A stretch of DNA of 64,000 nt from Pelagomonas calceolata. Taxonomy: Eukaryota. Shown one piece after another: positions 10,161 to 21,660 of the stretch (positions are counted from its first letter, which is position 1; each line of letters opens with the position of its first letter). Where the stretch lies: positions 1,674,001-1,738,000 of the forward strand of contig CAKKNE010000002.1 of the NCBI GenBank assembly GCA_918797485.1. The letters are read 5' to 3'. Position numbers and translations under genes: made by a program. A model generated the notes under the pieces. It had not been told where the DNA came from, did no database searches, and saw only the letters and a program-made list of their open reading frames with translations.

Positions 10161-11900
10161 ATGCGCCGCCTTGCGCTGCTTAGCTTGGTGCCGGCCACCC
10201 TGGCCCTCACCGCCCCAGCCCTGCGGCCACGGGCGAGGGGGCAGTTACTGCGAAGCAGCCCGGACGACGACGAGGCGCCGCCCGAGATTAATGAAGACTT
10301 CCGCGACTTCCGCGCGCGATTGATTGCAAGGACGAAGGGCGAGGGCCTCACGGAAGCGGGCGACGAGAAAGCCGTGGCGGAAGGCTGGGCCTACGAGACG
10401 CCCTTGCTCGAAGCGGGCTGCCTGCTTCTGGGGGGCACGGAGCAGGACTTCGGGTTCGGGCTGCGGCAGCAGTACTTCCACAAGTGCGTGTTGCTCCTGA
10501 CGCAGCACGACGAGTTCTTCACGCGGGGCGTCATCGTGAACCGGCCGTCGCGGAGGACGGTGAGGGGCTGGACGGTCTGGTGCGGCGGCGACGTCGAGGA
10601 GGGCGGCGTGTTTGCGCCGCATGGTGGTAGCAGTTCGGATAGGCCGCCGGCGCTCGAGTGCTTGTCCACCACTGTGTGGAAATCAAATGTCGGGCGCCCC
10701 ACTCGATGGCGTGGAGCTTCACATACCTAACTCACTGGTTGATTTCCACACAGGTCCACCGTGAAGATCGAGGGCGCGGCGTCCTGCACGGAGGTGAACA
10801 AGGACCTCTACACGACCTCTTTTGACGACGCGAACAAAGCCCTGGAGCGGGGCTACGAAAAGTCGGACTTCATGTGCCTCTGCGGCTACGCGGGCTGGGC
10901 GCCGAAGCAGTTGGACGGCGAGGTCGAGCGGTCGAGCTGGCACGTCGCGTCGGTCGACGGAGGCACTTTGGTGAAGGATTTACTCGCGAGAGATGATGAT
11001 GAAGATTTGCCCGTCGACGACGGCCTCGGGACCTGGGCGCAGCTCATGCGTCGCCTGGGCAAGGACCCCGCGCCTTCGGGCTTTGAGTTCGACGACGAGA
11101 TGCTCCGGGCGTGGATCGCCGCGCGCTTGGACGCGCCGAAGGTCGATGTGAGTGCGCTAGCGGACGCGGCACGCAGAAAGCAGCGCGAGGAGACGTACCT
11201 CGAGTCGATTTTAGATGATAACGGCGAGGTCACGCCGGGCGTCGTCTTCACGTGTCAGGCGTTGGCACCCGCAGCAGACTTCCTACTCGAGCGCCAGTTC
11301 CTGCACAAGTCGGTCGTCCAGGTCATCGCCGTCCAGCAGGACACGGTCATCATGTGCTGCCTGAACCGGCCGACGTCCCGGAGGGTCGCGCTGAAGCTCG
11401 GCGACGCGGAGCGGGTGAAGACAGTAGCGTTCGGCGGCGACGTGCAGGTGCGGAGCGCGCAGGGCGGCGTCGTGTGGCTGTCGCGGGGGCCGCTGCCCGG
11501 CGGCGCCGGCGAGCGGCTGCCCGCCGGCGGGCTGGAGGAGGAGGACGCGACGCACGTCGTGGCCGCCCGGGACGTCGTCGAGGGTTTAAAAAGGGCGGAC
11601 GTGCGCGTCGAGGCCGTGCTCGCGGCGTCGGGCGTCGTCGCCTTCCCGGTGGCGGAGCTGCGGCGGTTGTTGGGCGCGGGGCACGTCGTCCCCGTGCCGC
11701 CGGACGCGGCGCCGCTAGATCAGTGCTGGGCGCTCCACGCGCCCGGCGCGGCGGCGGACCCGGAAGACGCGTGGCGGCGCGCCTACGCCGCAGCCGTCGA
11801 CGCCGCGCGCGGGGCCCCGCCGGCGGCGACGCCGGCCGAGCTCCGGGGCGGCATCGCGGACGAGGCCCTGGACCGGTTCGTCGGGACCTTCCTCTCGTAA
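10161..11900 (+). CDS. DUF179/AlgH (UPF0301) family protein, 2 exons (10161-10663, 10754-11900)
   Basis: DFRDFRARL, QQYFHKCVLL...GVIVNRP, GYAGWAPKQLDGEV; the frame joins across introner 10664-10753. Confidence 0.8.
10664..10753 (+). mobile_element. Introner intron (GT-AG)
   Basis: TSD gtccacca/gtccaccg; TIRs ctgtgtggaaatcaa...ttgatttccacacag. Confidence 0.9.
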
Positions 11901-11968
11901 CGTCGAATTCTTGTGTGACTTTAGGCTCGTGCCCCGGGGGGGGCGCCTGTTTCGAATCTTATGCACAC

Positions 11969-13300
11969 TTATGCGGCACGCGCGTTGCGCGCGTAGGTGC
12001 GCATGTGCTCGAACGACGACCAGCGGACGGCGAGCGCGCCGGGCGGCGGCGGGACGATGTCGATGTGGCGGGACCAGGGGACCCAGCGATCGAGCAGCCT
12101 GCGTATATCCTCCCGATACATCAACCGTTCAAGCCCATCAGTATAGTGTCCTCGGCGAGGGCCTGACCATACATCGGCTTTGAGACCGGCGTGAGGGGTT
12201 CTGGTATCATATTCCAGACGTAAACGGGCGCATCCAACTTCAATGAGACGGGCGTGGTGGAGGTCGTGCACTGCCTCGTTGTATCCTATCGTGGACGTTG
12301 CGAACAATCGTAGCGTCGCCCCACTACTTACAGTATTCAGGACCATATCCATCAGCTTGGCACACTGAAATCCCCCAGCGGTGCGACGGGAAACGAGGAT
12401 ACGAGCTCTGATGTCAGTGCCCTCCGCGGAGAGCTGTCGCACCGTTGTGCTCGTCGACAAGTCGGTGCCGGGAAAACGGAGCTGGAACCCATTCCCATCA
12501 TTCGCAAAATGTATTCCCAACGTGGCCGTCGCGAGGAATAGTGGCGCGTCAGTACCATCAGCAGTCAGCTCGAGGGAGAACACATCCCCTCGTAACAAGA
12601 ATGTCGATGGATACAAAGGTGGCTCGCCGCACGTGGGTGTCGTCACCTGGCCGAGGCGGTCGGGCTCGGCGCTGAAGATGTCCTTCTGGCTCATGACGAG
12701 GCCGCCCAGCGTCTTCGCATCGAGGGCTGACAAGTCACAGACCGTCGCGAGGATCGGATGGGCCCGCTGAACCAAGCAGTGCTCGGGAGCGAGCGAGAGG
12801 CGACCAACAGCGTCGCGCAGGAGGCGGCTCGCGCAGGCACAACCGAAGCGCGTCCGCAGGTCGCGGTACGATAGAACGTGTCTGAGGATTTCTTTCGGGA
12901 GCGTCGTCAGCGCGCAGCGCGCCGGGCTCGCGCCTCGGGCGTCGTCGTCGGCCGGTGGCAGCGCCGGGACGCTCGGCACGCTCGGCACGCTCGGCGCGAC
13001 AGCCCGGGGCTGTGTCATCAGTCCGGCACGTTCGAACAGGCTGGCGAGGTTCAGCAAGATATCGAGCGGGTTCCCCTGTTGATCCGCGGGTACGCATGAA
13101 AGCAAACCCTGCAGCGTCGATTGCTCGTCCGATAGGCCATTAGCTGCGAGGGCGGAGAGGGCGGCGGCGGCGCGAGGGTCCATGAGAGGGCCGGGCGACG
13201 GCTCGGGCGGCGGAATAAATTCATGGCCCAATGCCGCGTTTATGGCGTCGTCCCCGTTACCCTGGAGGAAGTCGTCGATGAATTGCTGCAACGTCGACAT
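11969..13300 (-). CDS. F-box-like domain protein
   Basis: LTTLPKEILRHVLSY...CACASRLLRDAV fits the F-box pattern. Confidence 0.6.
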   Translation of the reverse strand: MSTLQQFIDDFLQGNGDDAINAALGHEFIPPPEPSPGPLMDPRAAAALSALAANGLSDEQSTLQGLLSCVPADQQGNPLDILLNLASLFERAGLMTQPRAVAPSVPSVPSVPALPPADDDARGASPARCALTTLPKEILRHVLSYRDLRTRFGCACASRLLRDAVGRLSLAPEHCLVQRAHPILATVCDLSALDAKTLGGLVMSQKDIFSAEPDRLGQVTTPTCGEPPLYPSTFLLRGDVFSLELTADGTDAPLFLATATLGIHFANDGNGFQLRFPGTDLSTSTTVRQLSAEGTDIRARILVSRRTAGGFQCAKLMDMVLNTVSSGATLRLFATSTIGYNEAVHDLHHARLIEVGCARLRLEYDTRTPHAGLKADVWSGPRRGHYTDGLERLMYREDIRRLLDRWVPWSRHIDIVPPPPGALAVRWSSFEHMRTYARNARAA

Positions 13301-13486
13301 CAATCAATTGGTGTCACTGGTGGTGAATCGCCGACAATTATAAAGTCTTTGCGATTATGGCAAAGCGGACCGCGGCCTGCACCACGAGGATAGCGTAAAT
13401 CCACACAAACGCTGATCAAACAACGCACGTGCACTTATACGTCGGCCTCAATCAAGCGCCCTAGTGTCTTACCGCTAGCGCCCAAA

Positions 13487-15288
13487 ATGGCAAGTGGACT
13501 TGACGAGAGCGTGCGCGACGCAGCCCATCATAGTATGACAACAATGGACGGCGCCGACGCGGCGGCCCTCGCCCGCGCGCGGCGCCGGGCAGCCCCGCCG
13601 CGGGCCCCCGTGCCGGCGCCCGCCCGCCCCCAGCACTACCGCGTCGCCGTGCTCGGCGCGGCGGAGGCCGGCAAGACGGCGCTCGTCGCGCGCTGGGTCG
13701 GCGCGACGCCGCCGTCGACCTACGCGCCGACGCTGGGCGCGTCACCGGCGGAGAACGATGTTTTTGTGGTTACCACTGACGGGCCCGCGCGCGTGACGTT
13801 GGTGGACTGGTGCTGGGACCACGCCGCCGACGCGGACGTCACGCGGCAGATGGCCGCCAGCAACGCGGCCGTCGCCGTGTTCTCGCTGGCCGACGGCAAG
13901 TCCTTCACGCGGGCGGCGGTGGCCGCCGTCGCGTACGGGAGCAAAAGGCCCGTGGTCTTCGTCGGGACGCACAGCGACGGCAAAACGAGATGCGACGCGG
14001 ACGCGGTGTCAAAGCGCGACGCCGCCCTCTGCTCCTGCGCGACGGGCGCCGGCGTCGACCGGGCCCGCGCGAGGCTCCTGGACGCGCTGGCGCTCAAGGA
14101 CTCCACTTCATCGTCCGAGGACGCGTGGCTTCTGAGCGAGAGGCGCGTCGACGCCTACGAGCGGTTTCTGAAGGACGACGAGGCGTGTGTACTGGATCTG
14201 GTGAAGCGGCGCCTCGGTTTTGATGATGGCCTTGCGCCGGAGGCGACGGTCGCCGCCGCCCTGAAGCTGCTCGGGTTCGCGGCGGACCCGGACGCGGTTC
14301 TGAAAGACAACCTCGCGCGCGCGGCCGCACTCCACGGCCTCGACGCGGAGGAGGAGGAGGAAGATGAGCCCGACGAAGTCGCGTTCGCGGCTGACGCGTC
14401 GGTGAAGAAGAAGGCGGTCAGTGACTCAGTGTGATTTCTGAGCTTTTCTGATCTTCGAGTTGCGTCGATGGCGTCGTCGCGATGCCGCATTGCTTCGACG
14501 CTGTCGTTCGACACAGGTCAAGCGGGTCGCGCGGGCGGCCGGGGACGGGGCCGCCGTCGACGTGGTCCAGGCGTCGACGGACGAAGAAGTAACCCGCGCG
14601 GCGCGGCGGCGGGCCCGAATCAACGAGCGCGACCGCGCGGACGCCGCGGCGGCCCGGGCGGCGCGCGAGCGGTTTTTTCGGTGTCCTTTTCCGATGCCCC
14701 TGGTGCTGCCGCGTATACGAGCCCGCGGAGCCTACGGCCGTATCGACGCGACCCTCCCCGCGACGCAGGCGCGAGGCGGAGGCGCGCGCCGCGGCCGGGG
14801 CCGCGGCGGCGCGCCGCGAGCGCCGCGCCGCGCGCGCCGCGCGCGACCGGCGCGCGGCCCGGGGCCCGCGCGCCGCCGCGGCCGACGCGCTCCGGGCCGC
14901 GGAGCGCGCGCGCGCCGCGGCGCTCAAGGCCGCGCTCGCCGCCGAGGACGCGGCCACGTCGGCGGAGAAGCGCGACTACGGCCTGCGGAAGGCCTCGGTC
15001 GGCGCCGCGTGGCCCGCGTGCGTCGTCCACGCCGGCTACGAGACGCCCGGCAAGGGCGTCTCGCTGCGGCTCGACGTGCCCGAGGCCTGGCGCGACGCGC
15101 CCCTCGCCAAGCTGCTCGCGGCCGTCGACGCGTGGGAGATGGCCAAGGCGCGGAAGAAGTCGAAGCGCAGGCGCCGGCCGGTGCGCGCGCGGTCGGCGCG
15201 CTGCGAGGACCTCGAGGGCTACAACCTCGACCACCTGTCGGTCTACGAGGCCATCGAGGCGTCGGGCGGGTGCGTCGTGCTGCGCTAG
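13487..15288 (+). CDS. Divergent Ras/Rab-like P-loop GTPase with long C-terminal extension; introns 14417-14516 and 14663-14768
   Basis: YRVAVLGAAEAGKT, YAPTLG, VVFVGTHSD. Splicing the two introns (GT-AG, then GC-AG with gcgcgag duplication) gives an open frame to TAG 15288. The start is uncertain. Confidence 0.55.
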
Positions 15289-15566
15289 GTTTTTTGTCCC
15301 TAAGTATTATATCCCCGTTGTCCCATCTCGTTGTTGTACTCATGCTAGACTAAGACACGGCACCACCCTGCCGCAGGTCGACCGGAGCCGCCCCGGGCAC
15401 CGCGTCCGAACTCGCACTCCCCTTTGCGCTCGCCCTAAAAACGCTCGAGATCGTCCGAAGTTCCGGAGACTACTGTCTTCACGAAATCATATTACTTCAG
15501 GAAAGGTGGCGCGGGGGCGACACAACGGGAGCCTCGTCCGGGTGCCCGTCCGCGCCGGCGCGCCCT

Positions 15567-16763
15567 CTAGCCGAGGAGCGAGAACTGGCCCTCGAACGGG
15601 ACCATGACGTTGCCCGCGTAGGCGGGGAAGTCGAACTGGTCGAGGAACGGCACGGAGCCCGGGACCTGTGCATAAATCAACCAGTGAGTTTCTGACCGAA
15701 TCGAGGACGCGTCGCGACAATTTGATTTATGCTCTGCCCGGGACCTTCGACTCCGCGAGGAGTGAAAAGAGCCCAATCATGGCCAGGCGGCCGTTGTTCA
15801 CCTCGGCGTTGCGGCCGCGCGCCTTCTTCTCCTCCGACGCCTTCTTGAAGAGGTTGAAGGGGTCGTAGAGGTTGAGCGGGAGGCCGTCGAAGCGCGGGTA
15901 GGCGCCTGTGTGGAAATCGAATGTCGGGCGCCTCACTCCATGACTGCGTGTCTGCTTGAATTCCACACGGGTAGGCGCCCGGCTGGCCGCCGCGCATGTA
16001 GTGCTTGGGCTTGTCCGCCATGGCGGGCATCTGCGCCGCCGGGTTGTCGTACTGCCACTCGTCGTACCACTCGAGGCAGCCGATGGCGGTGATGATCTGC
16101 CACTTGGCGCCCTCCGGGATCTGGTCCCAGAGCGCCGGCACGCCGCCCTCGCCGAGCGTCGGCCAGGCGTCGCCGTCGAGCGTCATCTTGAAGGGCCACC
16201 TGTGTGAACGAAGCGGTCGACGCCGTCGCCGCGACCCGCTCTCAAATCGTCGAGCGCGGCGCGGCGGCGCACGTGATGCCCTGCGCGTGCACGAGGTAGC
16301 CGACGAAGCCGGCCATCGCGACGCGGCCGTGCTTGAGCTCGGCCTGGCGCAGGAAGCCGATGGTCGCCGTGTTCGACTCGTCGAAGAACTCCTTGAGCGA
16401 GAGCTCGAGGGGGTCGAAGTAGCCGACGATGGGGTTCTGCTCGTAGGCGAGCGCCTGGAGGCCTACGCGAAAATCGACCAGTGAATAGGCGTCGCGTCGA
16501 TGGCGTGCAGGTCGCGAAATTTGAATCGTGCACTGCTGGAGGCCCGCGAGGTCGAGGCCGCCCGCGGACTTGGAGGGGGTGATCGTGTCCTTGCGGTTGC
16601 TGGTGCCCGTCTTCTTCGCGGGCGCGGCCGGCGCCGGCGCGGCCGCGGGCTCGGGCGCGGCCGTCTCCTCCTCGGCGCTGACCCGGAGCGAGGCGCGCTG
16701 CACCGACGGCGCGACGAACGCCGCGGCGCCGGAGAGCGCGAGGGCGACGATGAGCTTCTGCAT
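15567..16763 (-). CDS. Fucoxanthin-chlorophyll a/c light-harvesting protein (Lhcq-like), 5 exons
   Basis: AAAFVAP targeting; [32 protein letters not shown]; introns 16463-16543, 16200-16272, 15906-15978, 15666-15744. Confidence 0.92.
15666..15744 (-). mobile_element. Introner intron with variant TIR
   Basis: Perfect TSD gtcccggg; TIRs cagagcataaatcaa...ttgatttatgcacag. Confidence 0.85.
15906..15978 (-). mobile_element. Introner intron (GC-AG)
   Basis: Perfect TSD gcgcctac; ccgtgtggaattc...gatttccacacag. Confidence 0.9.
16463..16543 (-). mobile_element. Degenerate introner intron (GC-AG, 81 nt, in frame)
   Basis: Perfect TSD gcctccag; internal cacgccatcgacgcga shared with the other introners. 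Confidence 0.75.
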
Positions 16764-17791
16764 CTTTTTGGACCTGTGTGCGGGCGCGTGAGCGTTTGGC
16801 AGCGCATGGCGCTACGCGTTGCGTCCCGCGCGCGCGAATTCCAAAGTGCTGAGCGGTGCCAGCCTCGCAATTTTTTGCTGCTGCTGCTCCGTTTGCGCTG
16901 AGATTTCGTGCCGGCGGTGGCACTGTCCGATAGACCGCAAATGTTACTCTGAAGTCACGAATGATTGCGTATACACGCCGCGCTCACAAGGAATATAGAC
17001 TGCCTCGTGCCCAATCTTGTAAGTGATTGAACGACGGCGTCATCGCCGTGGACCCAGTCAAACAGTAAACATCCTTCCCGCTAACGGATGCCAAGCACCG
17101 CGTCAAACTCACATTGCAGCTTTAGCTTGAAAGCGCACCTCCTTCGCCCGCGGCCGAACGCCGGCGTTCATTTTGATGGGCATGTGCGGACGTAACGCGC
17201 ACAGAAAGACAGCTCCGCGTGTGACTTGCGAGCCTCGTGAAACTTGCGATCTAGAGATGGTGGCGCTTCCTCGCGCGTCCGCGTTTACGCTCGCAGCGGT
17301 CCCGCGGGGCGCATGGCTCTTTCTTAGCTTCGAGAGCTGTCCGTGCCCGGACAAACCCTGCGACAGGTGTGCTGGCACGGTTGCGTCAGCGGACCAGTGT
17401 GGTGTCGACTTCGACGTTCAGGCGCGTGTGCTGGGTGGCAGTCGCACAACAACTTTAAAGACTGGATCCTCGATAGCTCTATTGCAAGCTTTCGGCGTCA
17501 GTGGTTACGCAGCGCACTGCGCACAGTCTCCTTACCCACCGCGCGGGACGAACCGTGGAAAAATCGGCGCTTCGCGCACGCTGTGCAGCAGTTTATGAGA
17601 CCTCTTCAGGAGCTGCTCGAATATCTGCAGCCAGCGAACGCGGACGCTGCCGCGCCGCCGCGGCAAGCGCACCGCTCGCCGCGCCGCGGCCCGGGCGCGC
17701 TGCGCACGCAACGCCGCCGCGCGCCAGAGCCGCCGCGCGGGCGTCGGTCGGGACGCGGTCGCCTCACCGTTGAACAACGCAGGTCACCAAC

Positions 17792-18685
17792 ATGCAGAAG
17801 CTCATCGCCGCCCTCGCCCTCTCCGGCGCCAGCGCGTTCGTCGCGCCGAAGGCCGCGCGCGCCGGCGTCGCCGTCTCGGAGACGAAGGCGGACCTCGAGA
17901 AGCTCGCCGTCGAGCTCAACCCCATCGTGGGCTTCTGGGACCCGCTGTCGCTCGCCGACGCCGAGTTCTGGGACACGACGAACGAGCAGACGATCGGCTT
18001 CCTCCGGCACGCGGAGATCAAGCACGGCCGCGTCGCGATGGCCGGCTTCGTCATTAACGGAGTGGAAATCAAATTCCAGGCGCCCCACGCCATCGACGCG
18101 ACGTTGTCCCCGTGACCGCGTCGGCTCGATGGCGTGGATGTGCACGAAGGTCCACGCAATATTTGAAACCTACCTCACCGGTTCATTTCCACACAGGTGG
18201 GCTACTGCCTCCACGCGAACGGCTTCCAGTTCCCGCTCCACATCCCCGGCGACTACACGACGAAGTCGCCGGCCGAGCTCTGGGACCAGGTGCCGACGAA
18301 CGGCAAGCTCCAGATCCTCGGCTTCGTCGCGTTCCTCGAGTTCTTCGGCGAGCTCGGCGGCCGCGTCGGCGCGCCGGCGCACTACATGCGCGGCGGCCTC
18401 CCGGGCGCCTACCCGTCGTTCAAGAAGTACCTCAACGGCGTCTTCCCGCACCCCGTGCCGCTCGACCTCTACGACCCGTTCGGAATCTTCTCGAACGCGT
18501 CGCCCGAGAAGAAGGCGCGCGGCCGCCTCATCGAGATCAACAACGGCCGCCTCGCGATGATTGGTCTTTTCGGCTTCCTTTCGGAGTCGAAGGTGCCGGG
18601 CTCCGTGCCGGCGCTCGGCTCGATCGTGCTCCCGTACGACGGCGACTACATGGCGCCGCTTGAGCCGCTCCACTTCCTCAACTAG
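17792..18685 (+). CDS. Fucoxanthin-chlorophyll a/c light-harvesting protein (Lhcq-like), 2 coding exons
   Basis: ASAFVAP; EIKHGRVAM, HYMRGG, EINNGRLAM; intron 18050-18196. Confidence 0.93.
18050..18196 (+). mobile_element. Introner-derived intron (TSD eroded)
   Basis: gtggaaatcaaatt...catttccacacag with internal cacgccatcgacgcg. Confidence 0.75.
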
Positions 18686-18894
18686 GCGCCCGCTGTTGGA
18701 AGAGATTGACGATGAAGATGTAACGGGCACCGCGGAGGACGCGTGTCGCCCCCGGGGTGGCGTTGGTTCCGCCTAACGGACTCCGGATTATATATTTTAC
18801 GACTCTTCGCGGCGGCGGCGTAGCTCGTGCTTTGCTTGCTTAGAGCTAGGCCGCCTAGCCACCACGACCGCCGCGGGTTACTACAAGTACTAAC

Positions 18895-19575
18895 TTACTG
18901 GACCTCATGGTTGCGCGCGCGCTTCGCGGGCGGCGGCGGGTACTCAACACCAGCCAAGAGAGCGCGCCGCTGGGCCAACGGTAATTCGTACCAGGCCCTC
19001 GCTTGGGCCGCCGCGTCCATCTCGTCGAACTCCTTCTCACGCTGAGCCATCATGGCGGCGTGCTTCTTGTGCGCTAAGTTTCGCTCCCTCCTCCGCTCCT
19101 CCGCGGCTTTTTCAGTCGCGTCCAGGTTGGCCTGGGCCACGGCGAGGTCGGCTCGGGCTCGCAACAAGGCCGCCTGTGCCTGGGCCTCGAGCGCGAGCGA
19201 GCGAGCGCGCGTCGTGGCCGGCGCCGCGCTACTCCTGGCCTCGCGCTCCCGCGCTATATCCTCGGCCTGCAGGCGCTCCGCGGCCGCTCTTCTTTGCGAG
19301 GCCGCTATTTCCACGCTGCACGCGGCCGAACGGGCGCGGGCCGCGCGGCCGTCGGCGATCGCCTCGCGGAATCGGGCACCCGCCCTGAAAACTCTCGTCA
19401 CGTCCTCGATCGTACGCACTATGCCGGACGACAGTTCGCCGTTCACCTGTACTGACTCGGCCATTATTTGGATGAGGCCCCGCTGTAAAGGGGTGAATAC
19501 ATCATTTTTGTCGGCTAAGTCGGCGAAAAGTTGCCACGCTTTCTTGTAGTCCTCGCGTTCCTTGTCGCTCATCAT
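18895..19575 (-). CDS. Hypothetical coiled-coil protein with C-terminal basic motif
   Basis: ORF from MMSDKERE; A/E/R-rich helix; PPPAKRAR (NLS-like). Confidence 0.5.
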   Translation of the reverse strand: MMSDKEREDYKKAWQLFADLADKNDVFTPLQRGLIQIMAESVQVNGELSSGIVRTIEDVTRVFRAGARFREAIADGRAARARSAACSVEIAASQRRAAAERLQAEDIAREREARSSAAPATTRARSLALEAQAQAALLRARADLAVAQANLDATEKAAEERRRERNLAHKKHAAMMAQREKEFDEMDAAAQARAWYELPLAQRRALLAGVEYPPPPAKRARNHEVQ

Positions 19576-19666
19576 CGTTTCGTCGTGGCTTACCGCCGCG
19601 TACGACCGTATAGCACGTGCAAGAGTGAGCTTGACGTGGGCTAGCTGCATAAAGACTCTAGCAATA

Positions 19667-19742
19667 AGTCCAGCGGACGGGTGGGCCCGGGGGGAGCGGG
19701 AGTGGTACGGGGAACCCTGCGACGTAACTAGCCTGAGCCTGA
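19667..19742 (+). repeat. Dispersed ~75-bp element, copy 2
   Basis: agtccagcggacgggtgggcccgggggga...acgtaactagcctgagcctga. Confidence 0.85.
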
Positions 19743-19809
19743 CGGAGTGTTGGAGGGCCTTAGAACGGAGTCGCGGCTCAAGACAGGTGCGGATTGACAC
19801 TCTTACTCC

Positions 19810-20753
19810 CTAGAGCGGCATGCCCTCCGCCTTGAGCTGCTCCACCCAGGCCGTCGCGCGGTCCTCGCTCTGGTCCATCTGGTTCTGCTCGTCGCACATG
19901 AGGCCGCAGAACTTGTCGTCGCGGATGGCCTTGGAGTCGTAGTGGTCGTAGCCGTCCTGGTCCGTGAAGCCGACGACCGTCGCGCCGCGCGCCGTGAAGC
20001 AGTCGTAGAGCTCGCCGACCTGTGTGAAAATCAAATTTCGGACGCCCCACGCCCATCGACGCGACGTCGTCCTCGGAACTGCATCTGCTCGATGGCGTGT
20101 AGATCCCACGCCATCGACGCGAGATTGCATAACCTAGCTCACTGTTTGATTTCCACACAGGTGTCGACGGAGTCGCAGAAGTTGCCCGAGTAGCCCGCGC
20201 TGTCGCCGAGGCCGAAGAGCGCGACCTTCTTCCCGCTGAGGTCCGCGTTCGGCAGCTCGCTGTAGAGCCAGTCGTCGATGTCCGTGCCTGCGTGAGCGTA
20301 GCGTCGACGGCGCGGTGTAGGTGGTTACTCACCGGAGCGCATGTCGTCGGCGCCCGTGTTCCAGGTCGGCGCGCCGCAGATGATGCAGTCCGCCGCCTCC
20401 AAGTCCGCCGCGCTGACGTCGGCGATGGGCGTCGGGCTGATGCCCGTCGCGTCGCCGATGTAGCCCGCGATGCGCTCCGTGTTGCCTGCGGGCGGGCGTG
20501 TCCGCGACGTCAAATGAAAAATTCGTTCCGAACGTCTGCAAAACGCGGCATGGAGCAATGCTGCCCCGCGCCTGCAATGTGAAGCGTTCAATCTGCACTG
20601 GATCGTGCCGCTCATCGTGGCAAAGCCAATCAAGCCGCTCATGATGGTGGTGCAACGCGCAGCATTCGTGCGTTTTGCTCCGGATTTCAAGGTGCGCGCA
20701 GTGAATGCCTCAGAGGTGCCAAGGATGCACGCTACAGCGTATAGGCGCAGCAT
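19810..20753 (-). CDS. fldA: Plastid flavodoxin (long-chain), 4 exons
   Basis: SEAFT targeting; ATMSGNTE, GAPTWNTG, FGLGDSAGYSGNFCD; introns 20486-20608 (GC-AG), 20288-20332, 20020-20168. Confidence 0.93.
20020..20168 (-). mobile_element. Introner intron
   Basis: TIRs ctgtgtggaaatcaa...ttgattttcacacag; partly diverged TSD gtcgacac/gtcggcga. Confidence 0.88.
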
Positions 20754-20769
20754 AATGGCGTCGGATATT

Positions 20770-20777
20770 GCACGTGC
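20770..20777. promoter_or_regulatory. GCACGTGC palindrome (G-box) just upstream of the flavodoxin ATG
   Basis: Seen directly; resembles CACGTG-core elements reported for iron-responsive diatom promoters. Confidence 0.4.
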
Positions 20778-21660
20778 GTGAGAGCAGCGCTTTAGCTAGT
20801 TTAAACATACTAGTAACGCACCAGACGACATCGTACAGGAAATTGTATACCACGGACATTGCCAGGCGCCCGGTGACGCGTGCTCCCACCGCTCTTGTTG
20901 GAGCACAGTTCGGAGGATGTAGGAACAAGCGCGATGGCGGCGGCCAGGAAGGTGGCTCCCAGGGCGTTCGGCCCTAATTCCTGTGCAACATCCGTCGACA
21001 CGAGCGCCGCTATTTTGTTGTGCGTCTGTAACTAAGCCACTTTGACAACGTCGTCTCAATAGGAGATAGCTCTTCTGCTCGCGGCGGGTCCCGCGTACCC
21101 AAATTACAAGAACCACGCCACGCTGCTGGTAAACGCGGTTTCTTCGTTTCCGACGCTCCGTTGTAGACTTCTAGAACTTATGGGGCATCAAGGGCGAGTA
21201 TTCGCGGGACGCGGATGCTGCATGTGTCACATGGGTACTTATACCTACAAAGGCGCGTGCTTCGGCTTAAAACGACGCGCGTAGCGTTGCTTAGAATGGG
21301 GCACGCGCGGGGTCACGCAGAGAGCCAAGCAGCACGGGCCTCGTCGACGGCCCAAATTGGCTTGCTGTGTCCACGTTTTGGCCTCTGACGCTAAGATCCA
21401 CTGCGCGACGCCGCGTTGCATCCTCAACCCTTCCAAGTACCGCTGCGGGCATTGCAAAGCGATACCAAAGCAAGGGCGTGCACCAAAATTGCCGCACTGA
21501 CGCTTCGATCAGGCTGCAATCCCGATTGTAGCGACAGTCGGGGCGCCAGCGCCGCTCCCGAGACTCGTCGCCTCGCGCGCCGCCGCCGCATGGCAAAAAA
21601 CAAGAGAAAGCAGCACACGTCACCGCTTGCACCCCTCACCGCGCGCACCGCAGGTCCACG

